A stretch of 64,000 nucleotides of DNA, taken from Eledone cirrhosa. Lineage: Eukaryota. Of the stretch, positions 1 through 17,996 are shown piece after piece (positions within the stretch are counted from its first letter, which is position 1; each line of letters opens with the position of its first letter). A model generated the notes under the pieces. It saw nothing but the letters and a program-made list of their open reading frames with translations. It was not told where the DNA came from and made no database searches. Location: NCBI GenBank assembly GCA_964016885.1, contig OZ024749.1, positions 42,904,001-42,968,000 of the forward strand, written 5' to 3'. The position numbers and the translations under genes were made by a program.

Positions 1-766
1 TGGTGATGGTGGTTGTGGTACTGTTGAAGGTGGTTGTGATGGTGGTGGAGGCGGTGGTGGCCCTGCTGATGGCAGTTAGTACGGTAGTGGTGTCGTTGGT
101 GGTGGTTAGTGTGGTAGTGGATGTACTGTTAGCGATGTTTGTGGTGGTGGTTGTTTATCAAATTTGATAGTACAAACAATTTCCGATCTTTCACCATCCG
201 TCCCGAGGATGTATGTATGGATGTCCAAGGATATCACAAACATCAAATAAAATCCAAGTTTCCAGCATATTTCCCCAGTGGCTGGGGATATATTCTGATC
301 AGTAGTATTTACTATCTGTGACATTCCATACTTTCGTCTGAATTCACACCACTTTATTACACATAACTATCCCTTTTTTTCACATTTCAGCTTTCGTTTG
401 AGGTAACGCTCTATTTATTTATCATTTTCTTCCATCTCTTCTGCTAATTGTCTGATGTAATTTAAAGATCATGTTCCGTTCTGTTAGTTTTTCGTCACTT
501 GACATTCACAAATCTATTTAGCCTCGTCATTTACCCCTTGTCCTGTCTAATGCCGAGCAGCTGCTGTGATAATTTTCCCAGTGGCTGTGCTATATTCTGA
601 GCGCTATTAGTTACCATGCTAAATACCGAAAACTTGAATTTTTTTTGAAATCTGTAGTATTTTAGGACATCTATCCTCAGAACGAATGGCTGAAGATCAG
701 AAAGTGTTTGTGTGTATTGTCTAATGAGATATCAAACATACAGACACACACACACTTTCTCTTTCG

Positions 767-837
<71 letters not shown>

Positions 838-954
838 GGTGTTAAAGTTTGCTTGAAGCATTGTGAAATGTGTAAAATACGTAGTTTAGAAAGCCACAAC
901 AATGCAGAGGGAAATCTCGAGGTTTCCCTCTGCATTGTTGTGGCTTTCTAAACT

Positions 955-997
<43 letters not shown>

Positions 998-1074
998 AGG
1001 AAGTTATAGTTCAGTTGAAGCATCGTGTAATGAGGTATAAACGTTTGTATTTGTAAAGCTTTACAAATACAAAC

Positions 1075-1132
<58 letters not shown>

Positions 1133-1262
1133 TATATGAACAGATTAAAGTTTATGCAAAGAATCGGTGCTTTCCCCCTTAACGGGATCTTCTGAAACTA
1201 AAAAAAATTATGGATATATATAATTCTTATGAAGCCCTCTTCGGATTTTAGTCTTCACATTT

Positions 1263-1293
<31 letters not shown>

Positions 1294-1518
1294 CTCCTAC
1301 ATATATATATATATATATATTTCCGATTTTCTTCGCCCTATTCCTAATTGCCTTTGTCCCTATTTTGATTTTCTTCCCTTTTGTATTATCGCTTTTGCAT
1401 TTTCTTGTTTCCCTCCCTTTGCTTTCAACCTTTTTATTTTATTTTTGTTTTTTGTAACCTCCCCCATCTCACCAAGCGTGAATCGAATAACAATATGTAC
1501 TATTGAGTCCTGCGTTTG

Positions 1519-1572
<54 letters not shown>

Positions 1573-1677
1573 GTAAACATATCCATCCATGATGTACGCA
1601 TACAGACGTTAACCCCATCTATACATGCATGCATGTATACATATACACATACAGGCCTACATACATAGAAGTGACTA

Positions 1678-1921
1678 TACAAGGGCAGGCTGAAAATCTC
1701 ATAGGCTGACCAAGACACTCTCATAGAATGACCAAATGAGGTTTAGTTTTCAACATAGTCCCTAGAATCATAGGCTGAGCAAGATACTCTCATTGAATGA
1801 CCAAATCAAGTTTAGATTTCAACATAGTCCCTAGAAAGAAACAATGTAGGTATTTTTAACATGGGTTGAAATTAATGCATGCAAGGTTTCCCAAGCCTAT
1901 GAGATGTTCAGCCGATCCTCT
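1678..1921. mobile_element. Mariner-like MITE
   Basis: Imperfect TIRs ggctgaaaatctcataggct/agcctatgagatgttcagcc with an internal ~70-bp duplication. Homologous to 25871-26077. Confidence 0.65.
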
Positions 1922-2295
1922 CAAATACAGTAAATTTATTTGGGATAAATCGTTTGGCTCATTTAAAGACTGACACTCGGCGTTAAAGAGAGTTTATGGT
2001 TATGAAGCTAAAGGTTAACCAATAAATACAATACAGACGATATAAGAAGGGTCATAGGACTGAAGGCAATGTGGGAATGTCGTGTTGAATTGATATTAAA
2101 CAAGAATGTTTTAGTTCCAGACTAAATATGAATTTCCTATTTCAACTTTGTTAATGACTGTTAACATCACAATTTCAATGGAAGAAAGCACACAGCAATA
2201 ATTATTATTATAAAGGCCACTGACTGAACTTTCCCATCTCTCTCCAACACCTCGAACATTCTCTAACCTCACTTACTCTATCTCTTTTAATAAAC

Positions 2296-2353
<58 letters not shown>

Positions 2354-2382
2354 TTATACATGTACCTTTCTCCCTCTCTCTG

Positions 2383-2434
<52 letters not shown>

Positions 2435-3734
2435 CATATATATATATACATATATATATATACAGAGAGAGAGAGAGAGTACATGTATATACATATATAT
2501 GCACGCACGTGTGCGTTTGTCTGAACGGAATTTCTGCATCTATATATATATATATAAATCTAAATTTACATCCATATTTGTGTGTGTACATATGGATATA
2601 TATATTTGTGAGCATGCTTTCGTCATGTGCATATTTGTGTGTGTATGTATGTACCAATGTGTTTGCGTGCGTGAGTTTTCTCTACAATCTAAAACAATAT
2701 TTTATTAGCTCCAGGAATGATCAAGGAACAATTATTTCATGAAAAATATCGAATATCTCTGAAAATTTCCAAGTTATTGTAATCCAAATGAAATAATTCA
2801 TTAATTTTATTGTGTCATTATCGTAATTATTTCCATCAACCTAATTTTTAGCCCGTCTCATTGTCAGTTCAATCGATATTTACACTATATCTCAAACAGC
2901 TTCTTCTTCACAGCCATCATCCAAGCAGGCCATTGTTAACATTCGTAAATATACCACATCATATTACAATGAATATAGCATTACTGACAAAATCGAGCTA
3001 CTTATTTTTCTTCGTTTATTTTTTATATTATATTATATTTTATTTCGATCATATGGTTTTCTCATTAAAAATGGCAAAAAAGCCAAAAAAAGAAAGCGAA
3101 AATAAAAATAAAAAACAAACAAACAAACAAAAAAAACAACACACATACACACACAAAAAAGAAAGAAAACCAAATGAGATCGAACATTCTCTTTTACATT
3201 TGGATGTAAAGTTTAAATTAGAATACATTCGCCGTCCTACATCTCCTCTCTATTAATGTCCATGGATGTGTCTGTTCACTAAGCGGCAATTATTTTCTCT
3301 TGCTATTTTGTTGTCGTTTTTCATTCAATAAAAAAAAATCTCACATTTAAGAAAGAACAAAAAAAATGACAAATGGTTCCATGTAAAAATAACTATATAT
3401 CTCATCTTATTGTCTTTTTCTTGTCCAAAACCAGTCAACACATTTTACATTTGAACGCAAAAAGAAAATTAATTTCTGCTGAAGAACCTCCCCAAATAAA
3501 GGTTTCTAAATTAAGAAGAGACCAACGAATTGGCGGAAATGGAAACTTTGAATTGATCTACCTTCAGTATTTGATTAATACTTTATTTTATTAACTCCGG
3601 AATGAAGAAAGGTAAATTTGTTCAGGGGTGTGATTTCAACTCGGAACGCAAAGACAGAAAGGGACAGTCCCTTAACTTCCGATGGAACCATAAGGTCGCC
3701 GTCCTGACTTATGGCGTATCTTAGGCATTTTATA

Positions 3735-3907
3735 CCTGGCACTATATACAGCCGAGAAGAAGAAGAAGAAGAAGAAGAAGAAGAAGAAGAAGAAGAAGAA
3801 GAAGAAGAAGAAGAAGAAGAAGAAGAAGAAGAAAAAGAAGAAGAAAAAAAGAAGAAGAAGAAGAAGAAGAAGAAGAAGAAGAAGAAGAAGAAGAAGAAGA
3901 AGAAGAA
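3735..3907 (+). repeat. (GAA)n microsatellite
   Basis: Read directly from the sequence. Confidence 0.98.
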
Positions 3908-4697
3908 TCGCCTTCACTACAGAATTGGTACTACTTTGTTTATAGACCGTGAAAGGATGAAATGAAAATGCAAAGTTAACCTCAGCAAGATTTGAAGCTA
4001 GGGCGCAGTTTTAATCCCCGATTCGACCAATTCGCAGCATATAGTACTTGAAGAGCCAGAATAAATACCGCTAAGTATTCTATCCGTCGCTCCAACGATT
4101 CTGTCAACCCACCGAACTAGAAAATTCACAAATAACAGAAATAGCTTGCATTTTTTTCTTACAGTATACGTTATTTATCAGTCTAGTTAAGTTATCGAAG
4201 GAAGCCTTCTCATATCTCTTACATCAGTTCGTGTATATATCATTTATTATATGATTGTACGTAATATATGTCTTATTTTATGATGAGCATCAGAAAAATG
4301 TCATTGTTGAGTGAACGTATAGTCTTCAAGACTGGTGATGAATCATTGTTACGTTGGAATAAAGAGCGAATCTTAAGAGTTATTACAAACAATAGATTAT
4401 TTCTACAATAAGCCGTAAAAGCCATGGATATCGACAGAATATTTCAGCTATGATGATAAATGTCTCGACATATTACGATAATGGAGTGACATTGTACCCG
4501 AAACCTGGCTGTGGTTAAAGCATGTTTATATGGCATCACAAATATATCTCTAGCCTCGATAAAACACACACTCTCTCTCTCTCTATATATATAATGGGGA
4601 GGGTTATATAACAACAATTTTCTATTATTCTGTCAATGTAACCATCTTTATCGTAATAATCGCATCTGTCTAGCATGTTATTATATATAAGCAGCGA

Positions 4698-4920
4698 AGG
4701 GCGGTGGATTGGCAGTATCTTTAGAGAGTCAAACACCATGCTTTGCAGCATAGAGTTGCAGTCCTTTACAGTCTGAGTTCAAATCCCGCCGAAATTAACT
4801 TTGCCTTTCATCCTTACGGGCTCGATAAAATAAAGTACCAGTAACGCACTGGGGTCGATTTAATCGCCCCCCCCCCCCATAAAAAAATTACTGGCCTTGT
4901 GCCTATAGTAGAAATCATTA
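4698..4920 (+). mobile_element. tRNA-type SINE, major family, full length
   Basis: A-box-like head, B box gagttcaaatcc, conserved body gcctttcatccttacggg..cgataaaataaagtaccag. Other plus-strand copies lie at 37428-37520, 46325-46440 and 60122-60312. Confidence 0.85.
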
Positions 4921-6515
4921 TATATAGGCGGCAAAGTGAGAGAAACATTAAAACGTCGGATACAATGGTTTGCAGCATTTGTTGCAGATGAGAAATGTAC
5001 CAGTTTAATACTGGGATTGATTCTTCCACTATATTTCTTTCTCATTCCACCTCTCTAAAGAAAATCGGCTTCAATTTTAATAATCTAAACGAAATGTAAT
5101 TTTCAAGAGATTTATTATATTTCGCCAAATGTCTCACGTTTGAAATGATTTGCAACTTATGCAAAGTCCACAGTATTATATTTTATATCTGAAAAATAGA
5201 AAAAAACCTACTTCCTCTAGCAGTAAACGGATCTAATCAATAGAATTATCTAATAGCCTGGTCAAATAACACAGTGGGCCAACAGTGGGCTAAAATTTAC
5301 TGGTGATATGAAAAGGACCTGCATAAAATCATTGAGACATACATTGGTTAGGTTTAGCCTTGAGTTCAAATGTAGGTGGAGGCAGAATTGCCTTCAATTA
5401 AAGTGATTTAATTTAGAAGATCTTCCAGCAACAGGTTTTCAACATTGTCCAAACAACAGAAAATAGTATAACCGATCCACCATCACAACTAATTACTCCC
5501 AACCTCACCAAAAAAATGACAATCTCCAACAACACCACAATTACCAGCAAAACACAAAACAGCTACAACAACAACTAAAATAAACAACCCCCGCTCATAT
5601 ATGAGCCATAGGCTCTCCTTAGAAAAGAGAGAAAATATTTTTTTGCTCTGTGCCTTGTCAATTGGTATAATTAGCAGTTGTATATTAATTAAACGACTCA
5701 CGCTTAATTAGTTTTTATTTCCTTTTAGCATCTGTTTAATTGACATTCTTGTTGGTGGTAGTATACTATGCAATACAGGATGTATTTTACCATGTTCATG
5801 TTTCCGTTGTTTAATTTCCCTGCGAGAATCTTCATTTACAACATCTATTTGAGTATATATTATTATATCAATTATACATGGTGTATCAAAACGAATTTCG
5901 AAATCGGATGATTATTTGGAATGTATCAAAATGAAACATACAGAGTGTATGAAAAATAATTTGGAAATCGGATGATTTATTTTAATACGCACTTTATAGT
6001 ATATATTGATCTACTGCTGAAGCAAATGGATTGAATAGGAATCCATCATGACTGATTTAATGGAGAATACACACACACGTAAGATGGCGAATTGGTAGAG
6101 TCGTTAGAACGTGAGATAGAGTGCTGTGTGTATTTCGCTTCTCAGCTCCTTGTTCAACTATATCTTTAATCCATGCAAAGTCGATACAAAATACCAGTCT
6201 AGTACTGGGGTTGATTATTCCTCTACGTATATCTTTTTCTCACTTCCATTCTTCTAACCTCCATCCTTCTCTGGAAGTAATCCTGTCTATATCAAACCTG
6301 GAGAGGAGATGAGCGCTGCCAGGTTTAGAAAATGCCCTAGAAACGCCGTATGTCAATACGGAGCCCCTACAACATCTTCAGGAGTTATCAGACCCTGCAT
6401 ACATACATACACAGGTTTGTGTGCGTGTGTGAGAGAGAGTATAATATTAGGTGATCAGTCAGATAATGTTTGAATATTTTAAATACTTCGCTATTTTAAA
6501 CTTACATTCTAATAA

Positions 6516-6581
<66 letters not shown>

Positions 6582-6630
6582 TGCCAAGACTGGAATTGAA
6601 CCATCAGCACAGTTGAGGTATGTCAGACAT

Positions 6631-6708
6631 CAATTTATTTTATCTGATGAGGACGTACTGAGGAAACAGCACAGTACCTCTGAAATATATATAATAAATA
6701 TATTTGAT
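6631..6708 (+). ncRNA. Type I hammerhead ribozyme motif (family D-like)
   Basis: tttat-CTGATGA(6644)-gga c gtactg/cagtac c tct-GAAA(6682)-tatata-TA-ataaa. Distal stem I atcaa/ttgat. Confidence 0.75.
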
Positions 6709-6948
6709 CACATGAATGTCTATATTTATTAATATTTTGAATTAATATATATATATATTTGTTTTGCAAGTTTTTTATAGCTATATCTTTAAACGTTGGT
6801 CAATCAATGATAGACATTGATTGCCAAATAAATTAACTATGGATATATAAATGATATAGAAGCGAAGACCAATCCAAACCAACAAATAGTGAGCGTGTTT
6901 TATTATTATTTCTGGCATTATTATAACAATATGACCCTCCCCAAATAT

Positions 6949-7022
<74 letters not shown>

Positions 7023-7234
7023 AGTTTCAGGTACTCGATGGCTGAGCACCGAGCCTTTTGACAGCTATATCCGAACTAACCCACCAGTATTGGAACGGCG
7101 GGAATCTAGCTTAACTTACCAAGGGGTACAGTCAATATACGGGCATGCAGTCAAAGCAAAACAGTTTGTTGTTTTTCTTGTTTTTCTCCGGGAGTGGTCA
7201 GTGATCTGGGGGGCGGGGGTTATATATATATATG

Positions 7235-7270
<36 letters not shown>

Positions 7271-7300
7271 TAATAATAATGATAATAATAATGATAATAA

Positions 7301-7622
7301 CAAGAGTGCAAGAGAAGGAGAGGGAGAAAAGTAACCGATACCAGGACTTAAAGTGGGAGGTAAAAAGGATTTGGAACTGCCATGAAGTCAAAGTGATCCC
7401 GATTGTCATAGGCGCACTAGGGACTATCTCAAAAAGTTTCCAGGGATGGTTAAAGAAAATTGTCCCCTTCACGCTTTTTGGAACGCTTCAAAAGGCATGC
7501 TTGCTGGGAACAGCAAGAACCCTCCGATACGTCCTGAATATCTGAGGCTGCAGGTAGTGGCTTGATATTCATCTCAACAAACTTTCCAGTTAACTAACAT
7601 CAATGACTGAGACTCAAAGAGT
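7301..7622 (+). mobile_element. 5'-truncated R4/Dong-clade non-LTR retrotransposon (end of restriction-like endonuclease plus 3' UTR)
   Basis: RVQEKEREKSNRYQDLKWEVKRIW..VIPIVIGALG..LQKACLLGTARTLRYVLNI*, flanked by (TAA)n on both sides. Confidence 0.85.
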
Positions 7623-8363
7623 AATAACAATAATAATAATAATTATTATTATTTCTACTTTTGGCACAAGGCCAGCAATTATCCCAGTACATTACTGGTA
7701 CTTTATTTTATCGACCCCGTAAGGATGAAAGGCAAAGTTGACCTATTGAATAATAACAATAATAATAATAATAATAATTGTTTCTACTTTTGGCACAAGG
7801 CCAGCAATTACCCAGTACATTACTGGTCTCAGAAGATCCTGTTAAGGGTGAAAGCAGCGATTCTTTGCTTAAACTTTAATCTCTTATTTTAATAAATCAA
7901 ATATATATATATATATAATGTGTGTATTGTGTATGTTTGTGTTTGTATACTTATAGCAATATATTTATGTACATGTGACTGAAATATTCGTGTAAGTTGC
8001 TGTGTTAAACATATATACATATGTGTACGCTGGATATGAATTTCTTAACATTGAAGTCCAAACTTAATACACAGTTATCAATACATTCTTAGTAGTGACA
8101 TACCAATAACATTTCCTGTAACTACTAGATCATACGAGTTCTAGTATGTTCGGAACACCTACCAGACCACTTTTCAAATGTAAACTTCTACTGTTAAAGA
8201 GACCCGATAATGCAATAAAGAATGTCAACACAGCCATTACCGAGTCAAAGCAGTTGGGACGTGATCGTTGAAAAACTGGAAAAACAAGAAACAAATTGGT
8301 CAACTAAAAGTTTCTTTTCTGTTATACATATATGTGTGGTGAAGGCAAAGATCTACCGTCTGC

Positions 8364-8425
<62 letters not shown>

Positions 8426-8507
8426 GAATAAGATTTCGCTTCAAGCATAGCTTTATACAAATATGTATAGAAATTTCGTATTCCTAAAGAAACACGGTTT
8501 TAGAAAC

Positions 8508-8551
8508 ACCGTCTATGCATTTCAGGCTTGACCGGCCTTCGACAGAAAGGT
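8508..8551 (-). ncRNA. Degenerate minimal HHR motif
   Basis: accttt-CTGTCGA-aggc cggtcaa gcct-GAAA-tgca-TA-gacggt, with one core mismatch. Confidence 0.5.
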
Positions 8552-8603
8552 CACTCCCACCGCTTGCAGTGTATATATGTATATATATGTGTGTATATAT
8601 ATG

Positions 8604-8672
<69 letters not shown>

Positions 8673-8722
8673 ATGTATATATATGTTTATATACATATGT
8701 GTATATATATGTGTATATATGA

Positions 8723-8782
<60 letters not shown>

Positions 8783-9264
8783 ATGTATCTATATATGTAA
8801 AAGGTAAACAGAAATAACAACACAATCGGTACAGTATGTAGAAGGGATATATTAGGTTAACGCTTGATATAGCAGGAATGTTTCGGACGCTAGTCTTTCA
8901 TCCGAAGAAAGAATGAGAAATAAGATAGATTTCTCATTCTTTCTTCGGGTTGGAATTGGAAAAAATGTCTTTAGATAAAAATAACAGGTCCATTTATAAA
9001 AATGGCTTCTACAGGACTAGGACTGTTTCATTCGAAGGAAATCATCGGGAAAGCCCTCCAATCACATCAAAACTTACTTAAAAGTTTAAATTTTAAACTC
9101 TTTTTATTCAGACGTACGTACCGGAATAAGAAAATAGATATGTTCTAACGAAAAATCCGTGATGTACCGAGGATTACCGCGATAGGAAATTAGATACATT
9201 CCAAAGAAAAATCCACGAAAAGTGAACCGCGATACAGAGAAAGATTTCTGTATATATATATATA

Positions 9265-9546
9265 CAGAGCTGTATGGGAGCATCCCAAAAGTCAGCTCAA
9301 AAGTGACACAGAGGAGACTGAGGTTGGCTGGACATGCTCACCGACATCCAGAGTTGACATTGCACTCAGTTCTCCTTTGGGAGCCCCTACATGGATACAC
9401 TAGAAGAGGAAGACCAAGGTTAACATATGTTAATGCCCTAAGGACAGACACTGGTCTGTTGGAGATGCAGGATATGGCAGCGATAATGAGGGACAGAGAC
9501 CGCTGGAGAGAACTCGTCCATGGATCTCGGGAATTTTACCCGCCTT

Positions 9547-9548
<2 letters not shown>
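9265..9548 (+). mobile_element. 5'-truncated RTE/RTE-X-type LINE C-terminus
   Basis: QRRLRLAGHAHRHPE..LLWEP.HG..RRGRPRLTY..DRDRWRELV, flanked by (TA)n. Confidence 0.85.
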
Positions 9549-9597
<49 letters not shown>

Positions 9598-9962
9598 TAT
9601 ATATTTGTAACTGAATACTAAAATACGACACTCTAGCGTTTACGCAATTTAATATAGATATTAGTATTATTCTAACAGATAAACCCAGTGTCCTGTATAT
9701 AGAAGTATATAATATCTAGGACCAGATGTTTGAACCTGAGTGATTCATGTATAGTTCAAGAGTCAAGCAAACAATTTCGGCTAGCACAGTGTTATGACGA
9801 CGTCCATATTAAACTAGCTCTTTGTAATGAGCTAGAAATAATATTCCTACTTCTAAAAGATCACCTATACTCATATGGGGAAGCTATAGTTCAGGTTCAG
9901 TAGAGACACACGACGAGAACATAAAGAAATATATCTTCATTGCTCTATCTAACACATATAAT

Positions 9963-10345
9963 CATTGTTTCTACTTTTGGCACAAGGCCAGCAATTACTG
10001 GTACTTTATTTGATCGCCCCCGTAAGGATGAAAGGCAAAGTTACCCTCGGAGGATTTTTTAACTTAGAACGTAAAGGGCAATAGCTCTATACTGCAAAAC
10101 ATGGTGGCTGACGCTCTACCGATACTGCCAATCCATCGCATAATAATGGTTTCTACTTTAGGCACAAGGCCAGCAATTACCCAGTACATTACTGGTACTT
10201 TATTTTATCGATAAGGATGAAAGGCAAAGTCAAACTCGGCGGGATTTGAACTCAGATCGTAAAGGGACGTAACTATGCTGGAAAGCATGGCGTCTACCGA
10301 TACTGCCATCGCATAATAATGGTTTCTGATATAGGCACCAGGCCA
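9963..10345 (-). mobile_element. Major SINE, head-to-tail cluster
   Basis: Two near-complete copies plus a fragment. Another fragment at 10585-10640 is flanked by the direct repeat catacatcatatataat. Confidence 0.85.
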
Positions 10346-11128
10346 TCAATAAAATAAAGTACTAGGGTAGATTCTTTCGCTGTATCTCGTTCTTACTTCC
10401 CATATTTGCCTCCCCGTCTCTTCCTTTAAAATAAATTGCCTGCAATAAGAACTAAAGACGCCACCAGGAGTTACGTGTCCTTACATATATAAACATATTA
10501 TTGTGTAACATAAATACAACAATACATACAATACTGCAATATAATAAACACTATGTGACACTCTATTCATACATCATATATAATTGTTTCTACTTTAGGC
10601 ACAAGGCCAGAAATTACCCAGTGCATTACTGGTACTTTATCATACATCATATATAATGTGGCGTCATTGTCTCTGCGGCTCACAACGACGAATGCGTCAG
10701 TACGACTCGAAGTTATATAAGTAAATGAATGACATTATAGGTCGAGTGTGCCTGCTATTGTAAAGGTAACCGGCAGGACGCGGGTGAGGTGGGGGTGAAG
10801 ATGGGTCCGTGGTGGTGAACGGAACTAGAATGGACTGGAAAGGATATGTTTTGGTTTCGACGATCAGAGTTCTAGTTAGTGGAAATTCAGCATCACACTA
10901 TTTCTGACAAGTGTCAAAGTTGATCCTTTGAATTACAGTTCCGGTCCATTCGACGAGATTTCAAGTAGTTTCCGTCTATTGAATTTCATTCACAAGGATT
11001 GGGTGGAGCTGAATTAATGGTAAATAACACATGTATTAGGAGCGAACCCAGAACCTTTTGGTTGCGAAGCGAACTTTTTAACCATCCAGCTCTACTGCAT
11101 CTATGAACGGAAAGACACTCACATAAAA

Positions 11129-11167
<39 letters not shown>

Positions 11168-11817
11168 AAAGGTAAACTGAAATATATATATATATGGTTA
11201 CAAAACTAATCACAATTATGACTCAGGTAAAAGAAACCATAAAAGTCATATAATATTTCAAAGCCTTGAATGAAAGAAATAGTTTTTCGTCGTTTATTAA
11301 CTGACAATACAAGTTTTGTAGACAATGGCAACTCAATTTATATTATCAATAGGATTACAAGTCTTTCAAGAAATAAAAAATAATAACAATCCTTCACACT
11401 TTATTTATGATCTAAGCAATATATAAAAAAAACAACAACATCAAAACACTAATTTATGCAAATTTTTCTGTTACGTTTTATATGTGAAAATTTAGTTTTT
11501 TTTTCTTTTTCTTTTTCTGAAATATTTTCTTCTTACCTGGTTTCCTGACTAAAATCTTCTGACATTTTTATGTGGATTGCAACCGATTCAAATCACACCT
11601 ACGTTCATTTACCCTTTTATCGTTTTTCTATTCACAAAACAAATTATCAGATTAGTACTGGGGTCGATTCTTCTTACTTCTTTTTCTCTCTCTCACTCAC
11701 ACACACACTCTCTTTCTCGCTCTCTCTGTCTATCTCTTACATTTGAAGGGGGCTTATTTTGTGAAAATAATCACAACCAAATTAAGTCACAATGGTATTA
11801 TTAAACGATAGCAGGGC

Positions 11818-11870
<53 letters not shown>

Positions 11871-11903
11871 AGTAAGAGACTATTTTGAGTTTCTAACTCA
11901 ATA

Positions 11904-11937
<34 letters not shown>

Positions 11938-12349
11938 CGCTTTCCCTCACACACTCTGTTCCTATCTCATTCCTCCGCTTTTCTCTCTCATATATATACA
12001 CTTTCTCTAACTCTCCCACTCCATCTCTCTCTCAGCCCCTCTCTCTCCTTCACTCTTTACACAGAAACACGGACAGACTGAGACACATTCGGAGGTACAT
12101 GTCGCACCGGACACGTCAGGATACGTAAAATATTTGAACAAAGTATTTTCTCTACATTGTGTACTTAAACCGGATATGTTGAACATTGTAATAGGGCAAA
12201 GATGAACAGAGGTTCGATAAACAAAGTAGTTGCCTAAATGGATATGGTGATGGTGGCGGTAATGATGGTGGTGTATGTTGTGTTGGGGGTGCAGGTGAAA
12301 ACGGTGGGGCTCGTGAATCGAATCAGAAAATGTCAGCATTAGGCTGAAT

Positions 12350-13152
12350 GTTATAATAATTGTTTCTACTTTTGGCACAAGGCCAGCAATTACCCAGTGT
12401 ATTACTGGTACTTTATTTTATCGACCCCGTAAGGATGAAAGGTAAAGTTAACCTCGGCGGGATTTGAACTCAGATCATACAGGGAGGTAACTCTATGCTT
12501 CAAAGCATGGCGTCCGACCCTCAACCGATACTGCCAATCCACCGGTTATAATAATTGTTTCTACTCTAGGCACAAGGCCAGCAATTACCCAGTACATTAC
12601 TGGTACTTTATTTTATCGACCCCGTAAGGATGAAAGGTAAAGTTAACCTCGGCGGGATTTGAACTCAGATCATACAGGGAGGTAACTCTATGCTTCAAAG
12701 CATGGCGTCCGACCCTCAACCGATACTGCCAATCCACCGGTTATAATAATTGTTTCTACTCTAGGCACAAGGCCAGCAATTACCCAGTACATTACTGGTA
12801 CTTTATTTTATCGACCCCGTAAAGATGAAGGGCAAAGTTAACCTCGGTGGGATTTGAACTCAGACTGTAAAGGGACGTAACTGTGCTAAAAAAGCATGGC
12901 GCCCGACCCTCTACTGATACTGCCAATTCACCGGTTATAATAATGGTTTCTGATTTAGGCACAAGACCAACAATTTTTGTGGAAAGGGAAAGGCGATCAA
13001 ATCGACCCCAGTGCGTTACTGGTATTTTATTTTATCGATCCCGGATGAAAGGCAAAGCTAACCACGACAGGATTGGAACTCGGAACGTAAAGAGCAGTAA
13101 TTCTATGCCGCAAAGCATATTGTCCGACTCTATCTATTTTGCCAATCCACCA
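12350..13152 (-). mobile_element. Major SINE, four head-to-tail copies
   Basis: ~195-bp units separated by gttataataat. The first three are nearly identical and the fourth is a longer variant. Confidence 0.9.
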
Positions 13153-13173
13153 GTGGGTAGACGAAACCTCTAT

Positions 13174-13306
<133 letters not shown>

Positions 13307-13307
13307 C

Positions 13308-16586
<3,279 letters not shown>

Positions 16587-16613
16587 TATACATATATATA
16601 TACATATATATAC

Positions 16614-16682
<69 letters not shown>

Positions 16683-16769
16683 CATATATATATATATACA
16701 TATATATATATACATATATATATATACATATATATATATATACATATATATACATATATATATATATAC

Positions 16770-16816
<47 letters not shown>

Positions 16817-16869
16817 CATATATATATATACATATATATAGATATACATATATATATACATATATATAG

Positions 16870-16900
<31 letters not shown>

Positions 16901-16969
16901 GATATACATATATATATATATATAGATATACATATATATACATATACATATATATATATATAGATATAC

Positions 16970-17018
<49 letters not shown>

Positions 17019-17043
17019 TATACATATATATATATATATATAC

Positions 17044-17178
<135 letters not shown>

Positions 17179-17202
17179 CATGTATATATATATATATACA
17201 TG

Positions 17203-17234
<32 letters not shown>

Positions 17235-17636
17235 CACTTATATATATGTATATACATATACAATTATATATATTGTTATACCTGGGGAGGGTCATATTGT
17301 TATGATATTGTCAGTAATATTAACAGAACACACTCATTGTTATATATATAATTGTATATATATTTTGCATATATATTTGTATATATATAATTGTATATAT
17401 ATTTGTTTCGACACTTGATTTCATATCAAAATCCTTGCAAAACAAATTCAGTTATATATACATACATATATATATGTAGGAGGTGAGTTTTATTGTAGTA
17501 CAATAAAGTAATGCAGATATCGGATAAGAAGCAGTCTACAGTTTGTAGGACTGGAGTATACATAATATATAAGAACAAAAGATGGTTAAAAGAGTTCCAT
17601 GTATTTTATTATGCGCATTTATTTTATTATGCGCAT

Positions 17637-17700
17637 TTATCTGATGAAAACACAAATATTATTGCATGATGATATTTGTTTTTGAAATGCGCATAATAAA
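17637..17700 (+). ncRNA. Type I hammerhead ribozyme motif (family D-like) inside an inverted repeat
   Basis: ttat-CTGATGA(17641)-long stem II aaac acaaatatta/tgatatttgt tttt-GAAA(17684)-tgcgca-TA-ataa. Confidence 0.75.
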
Positions 17701-17733
17701 ATACATGGAACTCTTTTAACCATCTTTTGTTCT

Positions 17734-17996
<263 letters not shown>

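Noticed and set aside
268-616. ~45-bp imperfect direct repeat (ttccccagtggctg..tatattctga at ~270 and ~574)
   Set aside because: Only two diverged copies and no interpretable structure.
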